This document shows positions 19,115-28,552 of a stretch of 64,000 nucleotides of DNA, piece after piece. Each line of letters starts with the position of its first letter. Positions within the stretch are counted from its first letter, which is position 1. The position numbers and the translations under genes are program-made. This DNA comes from a bacterium (GTDB taxonomy: Bacteria; UBA8248). The stretch spans positions 2,400,001-2,464,000 of the forward strand of contig OY843592.1 in NCBI GenBank assembly GCA_963692865.2, read 5' to 3'. A model generated the notes under the pieces. The model was given only the letters and a program-made list of their open reading frames with translations, made no database searches and had not been told where the DNA came from.

Positions 19115-19307
19115 AGGTGGAGCGGGGATATCCGGAGGATGAAAAACCCGCTTCGCCGGCCTCGTGGATCATGCGAAAATGCCGTTTTTTCAGGGCGGAT
19201 CAAACCTGAAAAACAAGATGAATTCAGATAAATTTGGATAAATTCACGGGGTTTTTCGATAAATTTATTTTGCTGCAACCAGACCTCAGGGATAAGGCGC
19301 CAAACCA

Positions 19308-20090
19308 TTGAATTACAACAACTTGATATACGAAATCGACGCTCCCGTCGCCACATGCGCGTTCAACCGTCCCAAGGCCTTAAACGCACTGAATACAGAG
19401 ACGATGGACGAACTTGCTCACCTGATATCTAATTTCAAGGATGATAATAGACTGAAAGTATTGATATTAACGGGTTCGGGCAATCGGGCGTTCATCGCCG
19501 GGGCGGACATCAAGGGCATGGTGGGGCGCTCCCCCCTTGATGCGCGGTGGCTCTCGGAGCATGGAACGAAAATCCTGAGATCGCTGGAAACCATTGGAAA
19601 ACCTACGATTGCGGCTGTGAACGGGTTCGCCCTGGGCGGCGGATGCGAGGTGGCGATGGCGTGCTCGATACGGATCGCATCGACGAACGCGCTCTTCGGC
19701 CAGCCGGAGATCAACCTGGGCATCATTCCCGGCTACGGCGGCACGCAGCGCCTCCCCCGCCTCGTCGGAGCGGGGCGCGCGCTGGAAATCCTCATGACGG
19801 GCGATCCGGTGAGCGCCGAGGAGGCCCACCGCATCGGGCTGGTGAATAAAGTATGCGAGTCGGATGCCCTGATGGATGAGGCGAAGACGCTCGCGCAAAA
19901 GCTGGCGTTCAAGAGCAAGCCCGCCATCGAGTTGATTTTGCAGGCCGTACACGGCGGCCTGGAGGGAGGCCTCGAAGCGGGTCTGGCGCTCGAAACGGAG
20001 AAATTCGCCCTCGTGAACAGCACGGAAGATTCACAGGAAGGCCTCGGCGCGTTCATCGAGAAGCGCCGCGCCGATTTCCGGGATCGTTGA
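19308..20090 (+). CDS. Enoyl-CoA hydratase/isomerase (crotonase)
   Basis: 'NRPKALNALN', 'AFIAGADI', 'GFALGGGCE', 'GQPEINLGIIPGYGGTQRL'. Confidence 0.95.
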   Translation: MNYNNLIYEIDAPVATCAFNRPKALNALNTETMDELAHLISNFKDDNRLKVLILTGSGNRAFIAGADIKGMVGRSPLDARWLSEHGTKILRSLETIGKPTIAAVNGFALGGGCEVAMACSIRIASTNALFGQPEINLGIIPGYGGTQRLPRLVGAGRALEILMTGDPVSAEEAHRIGLVNKVCESDALMDEAKTLAQKLAFKSKPAIELILQAVHGGLEGGLEAGLALETEKFALVNSTEDSQEGLGAFIEKRRADFRDR

Positions 20091-20094
20091 TTTC

Positions 20095-20574
20095 ATGCCT
20101 CCGCAGGCTGGTTCCATGAAGCGGATGAGGCCCCAAAAGGGGAAGAAGGACGACCGCATCTGGAAGGCGGCTGCGCCAAAGCCCGATAACCAGGGCGGCA
20201 CGCATGTCATCCCCATGTACAAGACGAAAAGAGACCGCCGCCTCGAAGAAATCCAGAGATGGATGGACGGGAATCTGCCTCCTTCGGGGACGCCCGAGTG
20301 GGAGGCGCTGTGTACCGGCTGCGGGAAGTGCTGCTACGACAAGGTATGGGAGGGCGACAGGCTGTTGCTGCTGACGAGCGCCTGTTCGCACCTCGAAGTC
20401 GAGACGAACCGATGCCGCGTTTATGCTGATCGTTTCGATATGGAACCGATGTGCCTGCCGATCGGGCCTGAAATCATTGAAATGGGGGGGCTTCCCGATG
20501 ATTGTCCCTACGTCGAGAATTTTCCGGGATATCGGGGCCCCAAAGTCGTCAACAAGAGCCTGGACGAGGTATAG
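20095..20574 (+). CDS. YcgN/YkgJ-family cysteine-cluster protein
   Basis: 'WEALCTGCGKCC', 'ACSHL...RCRVY..RF...PMC', 'LPDDCPY'; start uncertain. Confidence 0.8.
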   Translation: MPPQAGSMKRMRPQKGKKDDRIWKAAAPKPDNQGGTHVIPMYKTKRDRRLEEIQRWMDGNLPPSGTPEWEALCTGCGKCCYDKVWEGDRLLLLTSACSHLEVETNRCRVYADRFDMEPMCLPIGPEIIEMGGLPDDCPYVENFPGYRGPKVVNKSLDEV

Positions 20575-20898
20575 CGCAATCCCCTGAAGGCTCGATTTAT
20601 CGCAAGATCGCGCGGGTTAGACGACGGATCCCAAAATCCTGTCTATTGCCAAGCCAATCCCCATCCGGTTTCGCGCATTTCAAAGCGTCTGAAGCTATCC
20701 GATAAGACGCTTTCCGTGCCATAATCGCCCCTTCAATATTCTGCCTGTTGGGAAATTCCTTGAACCGATCCATCATCCACAATTTGGACCTCCAGGCCGG
20801 TTTTATCGCATTTTCCGGTGAGTAACCGGCGGTGCGCGCGCATCCCGGGTCTGATGGTGTTCAGACGGGAGACAAGTTGCTCATAAAAGGTCGAAGTT

Positions 20899-21786
20899 TT
20901 GCTTGATGCCGTTCACCCCAACATTCTAGCGCTCTGCTCGGCGGCCCTCATCGCATTCGCCCGCGTTTCGCAGCGCTATGCGATTCCGCGCATGAAAATG
21001 CACACGGCCAACCTGATCATGGCATGTGCGACGACCACTCTCGGATGGTTATTTTTCAGGATAGAGGGGTCACTCGACCAGATGCCCTATCAGGGCGTTT
21101 TCTGGTTCATGGCGATGGGATTTTTCGGAAGTTTTCTGGGCAGGTACATCAATTTCGTCGCCATCCGCTATACGGGGCTGGCGCGCGCGGCGGTGATGAG
21201 CCAGACCGTTCTCGTGTGGGCGTCGCTTCTGGCCGTTTTCGTATTGGGAGAAAGCATGTCGCTCCAGAAAGCGGGCGGAATTTTGGGCGTCATGTGCGGC
21301 GCGAGCCTGCTCGTCTACAACCCCAAAGGAGATATCGGCCGCAGGATACCGCTTCAATACTATGTGATTCCCATGGTGTCCGCTCTGATGTACGCATTTG
21401 CGCATCTGGTGGGAAAATTCGCGTTCGAGTGGATTTCCTCCTCCGCTTTCGGGATGGCGGTCGCCAATACGACCTCGCTCACGCTTTTGCTGGGAATGTT
21501 GCCCTTTACGCGAAGAGAACGAGCCCCAGCCGTCGGCGACGATAAAAAAGGGTTTTTCGTACTTTTGCTGGGAGGCGCATTGCAGGGGTGTGGAATTTTC
21601 TTCTTCTGGTCTTCGGTGAAGCTCGGCGAGATCACCCGCGTCATCCCCTTGACCCGCCTGTCCGTCTTGTTGATCATCTTTCTCTCATGGCTGTTGTTCA
21701 GAAAGCAGGAAAACGTGACGTGGCGCGTCGTCCTGGGCGCATTGATTGCGCTAATAGGCGCTTTCGCCATCGTGACGGGAAGATAG
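20899..21786 (+). CDS. DMT/EamA-family transporter
   Basis: About 10 TM helices in two EamA repeats, 'LAVFVLGE'. Confidence 0.85.
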   Translation: MLDAVHPNILALCSAALIAFARVSQRYAIPRMKMHTANLIMACATTTLGWLFFRIEGSLDQMPYQGVFWFMAMGFFGSFLGRYINFVAIRYTGLARAAVMSQTVLVWASLLAVFVLGESMSLQKAGGILGVMCGASLLVYNPKGDIGRRIPLQYYVIPMVSALMYAFAHLVGKFAFEWISSSAFGMAVANTTSLTLLLGMLPFTRRERAPAVGDDKKGFFVLLLGGALQGCGIFFFWSSVKLGEITRVIPLTRLSVLLIIFLSWLLFRKQENVTWRVVLGALIALIGAFAIVTGR

Positions 21787-21789
21787 GCG

Positions 21790-22671
21790 TTGCTCGATTT
21801 TATCCATCCCAACATCCTGGCTTTAATCGCCGCTTGTTTCATCGCGTCCGCGCGCACCCTGTACCGCGCCGGCGTGGCGCGCTTGAGCCCGGTCGTGATG
21901 AACGTCCTCATGTCCATCGTGCAGATGTCTTTCGGGTCTGCATTTTATCTTCTGGAAGGTGGTGTGGAGGCTTGGCCGATCGAGGGAGTCGTTTGGTTCG
22001 CCGCCATGGGTGTTTCCGGCTCGTTCATCGGTCGTTATCTGAGTCTGATCGGAATGAAGCTCGTCGGCCTGGCGCGCTCTTCCATCGTGACCCAAACCAG
22101 CCTCGTATGGGCGTCGCTGTTTGCAGTGGTTTTCGCAGGCGAGCGGATGACTGGACTCATTGCAGCCGGGACTCTGGCCATTATGGCGGGGTCGATTCTG
22201 CTGGTCTATGAAAAAGGCGAGGTTCAAAGGCGAATTCCCCTGTATTTCTATCTTTTCCCTTTGGGCACCGCCGTTTTGTTTGCGATGACGCACCTGTTCG
22301 GAAAATTCGGACTGTTGGTGATCAAATCGGCCTCCTTCGGCATGTCCGTCGGCAGTACGACCGCGTTTTGTCTCATGATGTTCGTTCTGCCTTTCTCCGT
22401 AGAGGGGAGGGCGCCAAAATCCTGGGACAAAAAAGGACTTCTGGCCGTTTTGTGCGGCGCGTGCCTGAACGCCATGGCCGCCTTTTGTTTCTGGTCGTCC
22501 ATAAAAACGGGAGAGATCGTCCAGATCATTCCCCTGAATCGTCTCTCGGTACTACTTATTATATTTTTCTCCTGGCTGTTTTTCAGAAAACAGGAGGCGG
22601 TAAGCCTGCGCGTCGTCATCGGCGGTTTCCTGTCCGTACTCGGCGCCGCCGGCGTCGTTCTGGGCAAATAG
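21790..22671 (+). CDS. DMT/EamA-family transporter, tandem paralog
   Basis: Colinear with the upstream gene ('HPNILAL', 'RRIPL', 'RLSVLLIIF.SWL.FRKQE'). Confidence 0.85.
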   Translation: MLDFIHPNILALIAACFIASARTLYRAGVARLSPVVMNVLMSIVQMSFGSAFYLLEGGVEAWPIEGVVWFAAMGVSGSFIGRYLSLIGMKLVGLARSSIVTQTSLVWASLFAVVFAGERMTGLIAAGTLAIMAGSILLVYEKGEVQRRIPLYFYLFPLGTAVLFAMTHLFGKFGLLVIKSASFGMSVGSTTAFCLMMFVLPFSVEGRAPKSWDKKGLLAVLCGACLNAMAAFCFWSSIKTGEIVQIIPLNRLSVLLIIFFSWLFFRKQEAVSLRVVIGGFLSVLGAAGVVLGK

Positions 22672-22775
22672 GCATCCTGGGCGCGAAACGACCAAAGCCG
22701 AGCTATGCGCTCCCTCTCGTTTCTCGTTCATAATGCTGATAAGGTGAGAGCAAGGAAAGGTTTCCACATATTCAC

Positions 22776-23783
22776 GTGAATGAAAGGCACATCATGGTGG
22801 AAGTCGGCATCATCGTGGCCTTGACGCTCAAGGGCACATATATCGGCGACTACGAGAAGCTGAGGGAAATCGCCCGGGAGGCGGAGAGGCTCGGAATCAA
22901 CTCACTCTGGCATTGTGATCATTTCGTGACGCTCGACCCCGCCTCCTACGGGAGCCAGACGGGTTTCGGCGCTCAGGACGAGAACGAACAATCCGCCGAT
23001 ACCGCGATTCTGGAGCCCTGGACGACCCTTGCCGCTCTTGCGCGAGACACCGAAACCCTGCGCCTGGGCACGCTGGTGACGTGCGTGGGTTACCGCCCGC
23101 CGGCCATGCTGGCGAAGACGGCGGCCACGGTCGACGTCATCAGCAAGGGCCGGGTGGATTTCGGGATTGGCGCGGGCTGGATTGAGAATGAATACCATTC
23201 TTTCGGGTATCCCTATCCCAGTGCCGCCGTGCGGATTGAGCAGTTAGACGAGGCCATTCAATTGATTCGCGCAATGTGGACCGAATCCGCGCCCCATCAC
23301 GAGGGTGGGTATTTTCAGATTAAAAACGGCGTTTGCGATCCGACTCCGATTCAAAAACCGCATCCGCCTATCTGGACGGGAGGCGAAGGCCCAAAACTCC
23401 TCGGCGTTTCGGCCCGTCAGGCGGACGGCTACAATTGCCGATGGTGGACGCCGGAGCAGTTTCTGGAAAAAAGACCGGAGATCGAGGCCGAATGCAAAAA
23501 AGCGGGAAGAGACCCAGATGCGATAAGGGCGTCTCTCATGGTGATGGTGATTCCAGAAAAAGACAGGGCGGTGGCCAGGGCGGCTCGCGAGAAGTTGAGC
23601 GTTATCCCGGAATCGGGGAGCGTTTATGGAACGCCCGATGATTGCGTTGCGCGTCTCAAGGAATACCCGAAGGTTGGCGTTGACCACATTCTGGTCACCA
23701 TCCCGGATCTGGATACCAACCCGCACAGGTTGACCCTTCTGGGCGAAGAAATCCTGCCGGCGCTCCAGACGAATGGAGAATAA
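22776..23783 (+). CDS. LLM-class (luciferase-like) flavin/F420-dependent oxidoreductase
   Basis: 'LWHCDHF', 'EPWTTLAALARDT', 'RPPAMLAK', 'GRVDFGIGAGW', 'QKPHPPIWTGG'; start may be 22794. Confidence 0.9.
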   Translation: MNERHIMVEVGIIVALTLKGTYIGDYEKLREIAREAERLGINSLWHCDHFVTLDPASYGSQTGFGAQDENEQSADTAILEPWTTLAALARDTETLRLGTLVTCVGYRPPAMLAKTAATVDVISKGRVDFGIGAGWIENEYHSFGYPYPSAAVRIEQLDEAIQLIRAMWTESAPHHEGGYFQIKNGVCDPTPIQKPHPPIWTGGEGPKLLGVSARQADGYNCRWWTPEQFLEKRPEIEAECKKAGRDPDAIRASLMVMVIPEKDRAVARAAREKLSVIPESGSVYGTPDDCVARLKEYPKVGVDHILVTIPDLDTNPHRLTLLGEEILPALQTNGE

Positions 23784-23788
23784 TCAGT

Positions 23789-24934
23789 TTGTCAATCGCC
23801 ACGCACACGGAATTAGCGAAAAGAGAAGCGTCACTCCAGGCTGAAGCGCGTGAATTCGCCCAGAATCGACTCGCCCCTAGCGCCATCGAGCGCGACAAGG
23901 AGGGTTTGTTTTCCTTCGAATTATACAAGGAGGCGGCGGAGGCGGGGTTCATCGGCGTCAAGATACCCGAAACCCTGGGCGGCCGCGGCCTGGGATTGTT
24001 TGACGAATGCCTCGTATTGGAGGAACTGGCCGGCGGCGACCCGAGTTTCGCGCTCACGATCAGCGTCTCTGCGGGCCTGTGCGGGGGCCATTTGCTGCAT
24101 TATGGGTCGGATGAACTGAGAAATCGCTGCATACCCCCCCTTACGAAAGCAGCCATAGGCGCTTGGGCGATTACGGAACGAGTTGCCGGCAGTCATGCTT
24201 CTGCTCTCAAATGCGAGGCGCGGCGAGAGGGAGACGCTTACATCATCAGCGGCGCGAAAATGTTCGTCACGCAAGGGATGGATTTTGAAAATCTCGTTAT
24301 CTTTGCGCGCACGGCGGAGGGAAGAGACGGAATCAGCGCATTTTTGATACAGAAGGACGATGAGGGGCGCAGAAGCGTCCCGCTGGCACAGACGCTTGGA
24401 ATGCGCTCAGCAGGTTCGGCGGAAATTTATTTCGATAATTGCGAGGTTCCGGCAGAGCGCCTCATCGGGGAGGAGGGGGCCGGTCTGCGGCAGGCAATGC
24501 AGGTTTTGAACGATGGAAGGGTCGTGCTCGGCGCGATGTGCGTCGGCATAGCACAGGCGTCGCTCGAAGCGGCGGCTACACATGCGAGAAAGCGCGAGGC
24601 GTTCGGCAAGCCCGTTGCCGATTTCGCCGGTTTGCGGGGTTTGATGGCCGAAAGCGCCATAGATATCGCCACGGCGCGTGAGATGGTCACGAATGCGGCG
24701 AAAATCCGCGACGCCGGGGGAGACAACAAGGAAGAAGTGGCGATGGCGAAACTTTTCGCTTCCGAGGCCTCTCTTCGCGTGTGTGACAGAGGCATCCAAA
24801 TTCATGGCGGGTATGGCTACATCGCGGAAACGCCGGCGGGGATGTTCTGGCGCGACGCCCGGGTGTTCACCCTTGGCGAAGGCACGAGCGAGTTGCATCG
24901 CAATCTCATCAACCGCTATCTGTGCGATTCTTGA
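23789..24934 (+). CDS. Acyl-CoA dehydrogenase
   Basis: 'AWAITE..AGS', 'SGAKMFVT', 'LGMRS', 'REAFGKP', 'QIHGGYGY', 'GEGTSE'. Confidence 0.92.
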   Translation: MSIATHTELAKREASLQAEAREFAQNRLAPSAIERDKEGLFSFELYKEAAEAGFIGVKIPETLGGRGLGLFDECLVLEELAGGDPSFALTISVSAGLCGGHLLHYGSDELRNRCIPPLTKAAIGAWAITERVAGSHASALKCEARREGDAYIISGAKMFVTQGMDFENLVIFARTAEGRDGISAFLIQKDDEGRRSVPLAQTLGMRSAGSAEIYFDNCEVPAERLIGEEGAGLRQAMQVLNDGRVVLGAMCVGIAQASLEAAATHARKREAFGKPVADFAGLRGLMAESAIDIATAREMVTNAAKIRDAGGDNKEEVAMAKLFASEASLRVCDRGIQIHGGYGYIAETPAGMFWRDARVFTLGEGTSELHRNLINRYLCDS

Positions 24935-24997
24935 GACTGGAAAATCACCTAGAAATAACTTAAGAATAACATCATAACATACTGATAAATAAATAGA

Positions 24998-25954
24998 ATG
25001 AAAAATAATAACAAAATCCAAATCTCTCAGATTCTGGAAGGAATGGTTCGCCCAGCAGCCAGGCTCATCACGCTTGTGGAAGACAACGACCCTCGTGCGA
25101 AACCCATTCTGCAGGAACTGTATCTCAAAGGTGGAAAAAGCCTTATCATCGGCATCACGGGTCCTCCCGGCGCAGGCAAGAGCACGCTTTCCGATCAACT
25201 GGTCGCTCACTATCGCGCCCGGGAGAAAAGGGTGTGCGTCATCGCCGTAGACCCGACGAGTCCGTTCACGGGAGGCGCCATTTTGGGCGACCGCATCCGC
25301 ATGGGCAGGCACAACACGGACCCGAAAGTCTTCATTCGCAGCATGGCCACGCGCGGCCATCTGGGCGGACTCGCCCGCGCGACGGGAGACGCGCTCTGCG
25401 TTATGGACGCCATGGGCTGGGACGTGGTGATCATCGAGACCGTGGGCGTAGGGCAGGGTGAGGTGAACATCATGCAATGCGCGGACGTGGTCGTGCTGCT
25501 GCAGACGCCCGGCGGGGGGGATCACATTCAGGCGGCGAAGGCGGGAATCCTGGAGATCGGCGATATTTTCGTGGTGAACAAGGCGAAGAGAGACGGCGCG
25601 GACCGAACGGTGAAGGAAATTGAGGAAATGCTGGATTTCAAGTTTCATCCCGGCGAGGTGAACGCCTGGAGACCCCCCGTTCTCAAAACGGAAGCGCTCA
25701 CGGGCGAGGGCACGGAGGAACTGGCCGCGCGGATCGAGGCGCGCATGACTTTTTTACAAAAACATCCCGATGAGGCCGGACGCCTGGGACGAGAGCGCGC
25801 CCGAATCACGCTTGCGGAGGTAATGAAAGAACTCGCCGTGGAACGCCTGGGAGACGGCGTGAAAGGCGGGCGGGAGTTGGATGAACTCCTGGACGCCATC
25901 GCCGCGCGAAGAGTGGATCCCTACAGCGCGGCCGAGAAGATACTGGGCGCATGA
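24998..25954 (+). CDS. meaB: Methylmalonyl-CoA mutase-associated GTPase MeaB
   Basis: 'GITGPPGAGKST', 'VDPTSPFTGGAILGDRIRM', 'ETVGVGQ', 'VVNKA'. Confidence 0.95.
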   Translation: MKNNNKIQISQILEGMVRPAARLITLVEDNDPRAKPILQELYLKGGKSLIIGITGPPGAGKSTLSDQLVAHYRAREKRVCVIAVDPTSPFTGGAILGDRIRMGRHNTDPKVFIRSMATRGHLGGLARATGDALCVMDAMGWDVVIIETVGVGQGEVNIMQCADVVVLLQTPGGGDHIQAAKAGILEIGDIFVVNKAKRDGADRTVKEIEEMLDFKFHPGEVNAWRPPVLKTEALTGEGTEELAARIEARMTFLQKHPDEAGRLGRERARITLAEVMKELAVERLGDGVKGGRELDELLDAIAARRVDPYSAAEKILGA

Positions 25955-25964
25955 GGAGAGAGCC

Positions 25965-26294
25965 ATGAAGGATGGGCGAGCGTTCCGGATCGTGTTAAGC
26001 ACGGCGGGTTCCGAGGAAGAGGGAGCGCGGCTTGCGAAATTATTGGTCGAGCGGAAGCTGTGCGCCTGCGTCAATCTGGTGCCGGGTATCCGTAGCTTCT
26101 ATCGCTGGGATGGGGCGGTTCAGGATGATGCGGAAGTCCTGCTCATCATCAAGACCACGAAGGAGAAGCTGCAGGCCCTCTCCGAGCACTTGGCCGAGAA
26201 TCACAGCTACGACGTGCCGGAGGTGCTGGCCCTGGATGTAGACAGGGGCAGCGCGTCCTACCTCGACTGGCTGGCCGGGAGTTGCGCCGATTAG
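25965..26294 (+). CDS. cutA: Divalent-cation tolerance protein CutA
   Basis: 'LVERKLCACVN', 'SFYRWDG', 'HSYDVPE', 'YLDWL'; GAGGAG RBS. Confidence 0.93.
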   Translation: MKDGRAFRIVLSTAGSEEEGARLAKLLVERKLCACVNLVPGIRSFYRWDGAVQDDAEVLLIIKTTKEKLQALSEHLAENHSYDVPEVLALDVDRGSASYLDWLAGSCAD

Positions 26295-26340
26295 CAGGTT
26301 CTTTCCTTCGCTGCATCTTTCCTGAGAGGGAAGACTTTAT

Positions 26341-27690
26341 TCAAAGGATGGAGAGATATTTGTTGAGTTCGAAATCCGAGACATGGGCGCGGTAGGGCGC
26401 CCATTCGAGTTTTTTGTTCTCGATGAATTTATCAAACAACTGGTTTCCGAATACGCCCCTCAGGAATTCGCTCTGCTCGGCCAGCATCGTGGCTTCATGA
26501 AGGTTGCCCGGCAGGCTTCTGATGCCTTGCTTTTTACGTTTCTCTTCATTCATCTCGAAGACGTTTTCCTCGACGGCCGAGACGGGAGGCAGGCCCTCTT
26601 CGATACCCGCCATGCCCGCCGCCAGCATGCAGGCGAAAGCCAGATAGGGGTTGCATGCCGAGTCCGGCGAGCGCAGCTCGATTCGCGTGTCCGATTCCAT
26701 GCCCTTGCGTGTGCTTGGGATGCGTATCAAATCGCTGCGGCTCTTGTGCGCCCATGTGACGTAAGCGGGCGCCTCGAAACCGGGGACGAGGCGCTTGTAG
26801 CTGTTCACCCATTGGTTGAAGACGAGCGTCATCTCGGGGGCGTATTTGATGAGGCCTGCGATGAACGCCTGGCAGGTATCCGAGAGACCGCCGGGTTTCT
26901 CGGGGTCGTGAAACGCGTTGACCGAACCCTGGAACAGGGAGAGATGGGTGTGCATTCCGTTTCCGTTTTCTTCGGAGAGCGGTTTGGGCATGAAGGTGGC
27001 GTAGACGCCGTGCCGCATGGCGACTTCCTTGACGACGAGACGGTAGGTCATCGCGTTGTCCGCCATGGTGAGCGCATCGCCGTAGCGCAAGTCGATTTCG
27101 TGCTGGCTGGGTCCGACTTCGTGGTGGCTGTATTCGACGCCGATCCCCATCTTCTCCAGGTTCAAAACCGTCTCGCGCCTCAGATCACTTGCGATATCCA
27201 GGGGCGTGAGGTCGAAGTATCCGCCCCGATCCAGCGTTTCGATCGGCAGTTCGGGGGACTTGAAGTAGTAGTGCTCATATTCGACGCCCGCGTAAAACGT
27301 GAATCCCTTCTGCGCGGCGCTCTCGAGGGTGCGCCTGAGCACGTAGCGCGGGTCGCTCTCATAGGGATTGCCGTCGGGATCCTTGATGTCGCAGAACATT
27401 CTCGCGACGGCCCCACCATCTTGTGGACGCCAGGGCAGTACGCAGAAGGTGGTGGGGTCGGGATGGGCGAACATGTCGCTCTCCTCGATACGGGCGAAGC
27501 CCTCTATGGCGGCTCCATCGAAAAGGTGGCCCTCGTAAAGCGCGTTTTCGAGTTCCTCGATGGTGATGGCGAAACTTTTGAGGAAGCCCAGGATGTCGGT
27601 GAACCACATGCGAATGAAACGCACGCCGAGTTCGCGGGCTTGGTTTATTACGAATTCTCGATCCTTGTCATCAAATGCGTCAGGCATCAT
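26341..27690 (-). CDS. glnA: Glutamine synthetase type I (short, GSI-alpha-like)
   Basis: 'FDGAAIEGFARIEESDM', 'HHEVGPSQHEID', 'TFMPKP', 'GNGMHTH', 'NSYKRLVPGFEAP', 'RIELRSPD'. Confidence 0.93.
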   Translation of the reverse strand: MMPDAFDDKDREFVINQARELGVRFIRMWFTDILGFLKSFAITIEELENALYEGHLFDGAAIEGFARIEESDMFAHPDPTTFCVLPWRPQDGGAVARMFCDIKDPDGNPYESDPRYVLRRTLESAAQKGFTFYAGVEYEHYYFKSPELPIETLDRGGYFDLTPLDIASDLRRETVLNLEKMGIGVEYSHHEVGPSQHEIDLRYGDALTMADNAMTYRLVVKEVAMRHGVYATFMPKPLSEENGNGMHTHLSLFQGSVNAFHDPEKPGGLSDTCQAFIAGLIKYAPEMTLVFNQWVNSYKRLVPGFEAPAYVTWAHKSRSDLIRIPSTRKGMESDTRIELRSPDSACNPYLAFACMLAAGMAGIEEGLPPVSAVEENVFEMNEEKRKKQGIRSLPGNLHEATMLAEQSEFLRGVFGNQLFDKFIENKKLEWAPYRAHVSDFELNKYLSIL

Positions 27691-27809
27691 GAACTCCAGA
27701 TGAGCCGATGTTTTCAGGCATTGCTATTCAGCCTATATGGTGAATGTTTCGTTTCGGTTTCGCATCGCCGGTATCTTCCATCCCACCGAAAAACGCTGGG
27801 TCACATGCG

Positions 27810-28472
27810 TCACGACGATTCTCCGATGAACTTGTACCCGACCCCCCGCACCGTGGATATGAACGAATACCCTTTGACCTCGATTTTCGCGCGGATGCGG
27901 CGAACGTGAACGTCGACCGTCCGCGGACCTCCGAGATAGTCAATCCCCCAGACGAGGTTCAAAAGCTGTTCCCTGTCAAAGACGCGCTCGGGGTTGTTGA
28001 TGAGATGCTTCAAAAGCTCGAATTCGCGGTACGTCAGATCGATCAACTCGCCGTCAAGCCTGATCTCGTAGCGGTTCTCATCCAGCGTCAGACCCTTGCT
28101 CTTGAGGGTGCGCCCCCCCTCGGAATCCTGTTCCGAGCGATTGCACAGATTGCGGACGCGATACAAAAGCTCTTCCTCCCGGACGGGTTTTACGAGAACG
28201 TCATCGGCTTCGGTGGGCGCGCGAACGACGGCGAGGCGGTCCGGCTCTAAAAGCAGGAGAATCGGAAGCGTGGTCCAGTTTCTCATTTCTTCCACTCTTG
28301 GGAGTGCCGGGGCGTCATCGAGCAATATAAGGGCCAGACCCCTGGCGCGCACTTCCTGTAATGCCGTGGTCTCGTCCTGCACCATCTTGCAGAAATGGCC
28401 CTCGCGTCTCAGGGCGCGCCCGAGTGCGTCCGCGAATCCGTTGTCCGCCGTGTAAATCAATAAATTCGCCAA
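27810..28472 (-). CDS. OmpR-family winged-helix response regulator with atypical receiver (GlnR-like)
   Basis: 'LTYREFELL', 'REQLLNLVWGIDYLGGPRTVDVHVRRIRAKI'; receiver lacks the beta1 acidic pair; directly upstream of glnA. Confidence 0.85.
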   Translation of the reverse strand: MANLLIYTADNGFADALGRALRREGHFCKMVQDETTALQEVRARGLALILLDDAPALPRVEEMRNWTTLPILLLLEPDRLAVVRAPTEADDVLVKPVREEELLYRVRNLCNRSEQDSEGGRTLKSKGLTLDENRYEIRLDGELIDLTYREFELLKHLINNPERVFDREQLLNLVWGIDYLGGPRTVDVHVRRIRAKIEVKGYSFISTVRGVGYKFIGESS

Positions 28473-28552
28473 TTCCGTTCCCCGTCCGCAAAACAGAACA
28501 ATAAAGGTGCAATTTATACAATCAGGGGGCGTACGAAGGAAAGAGGGGTAGT

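Noticed and set aside
20597-20782. Small minus-strand ORF between the YcgN-like gene and EamA
   Set aside because: Has a possible RBS but no recognisable similarity or clear codon bias.
26383-27909. Long antisense or alternate-frame ORFs (also 29081-30766, 2995-4317, 9928-11355, 24407-25648 and others)
   Set aside because: Shadows of well-supported genes in GC-rich DNA; no recognisable motifs.
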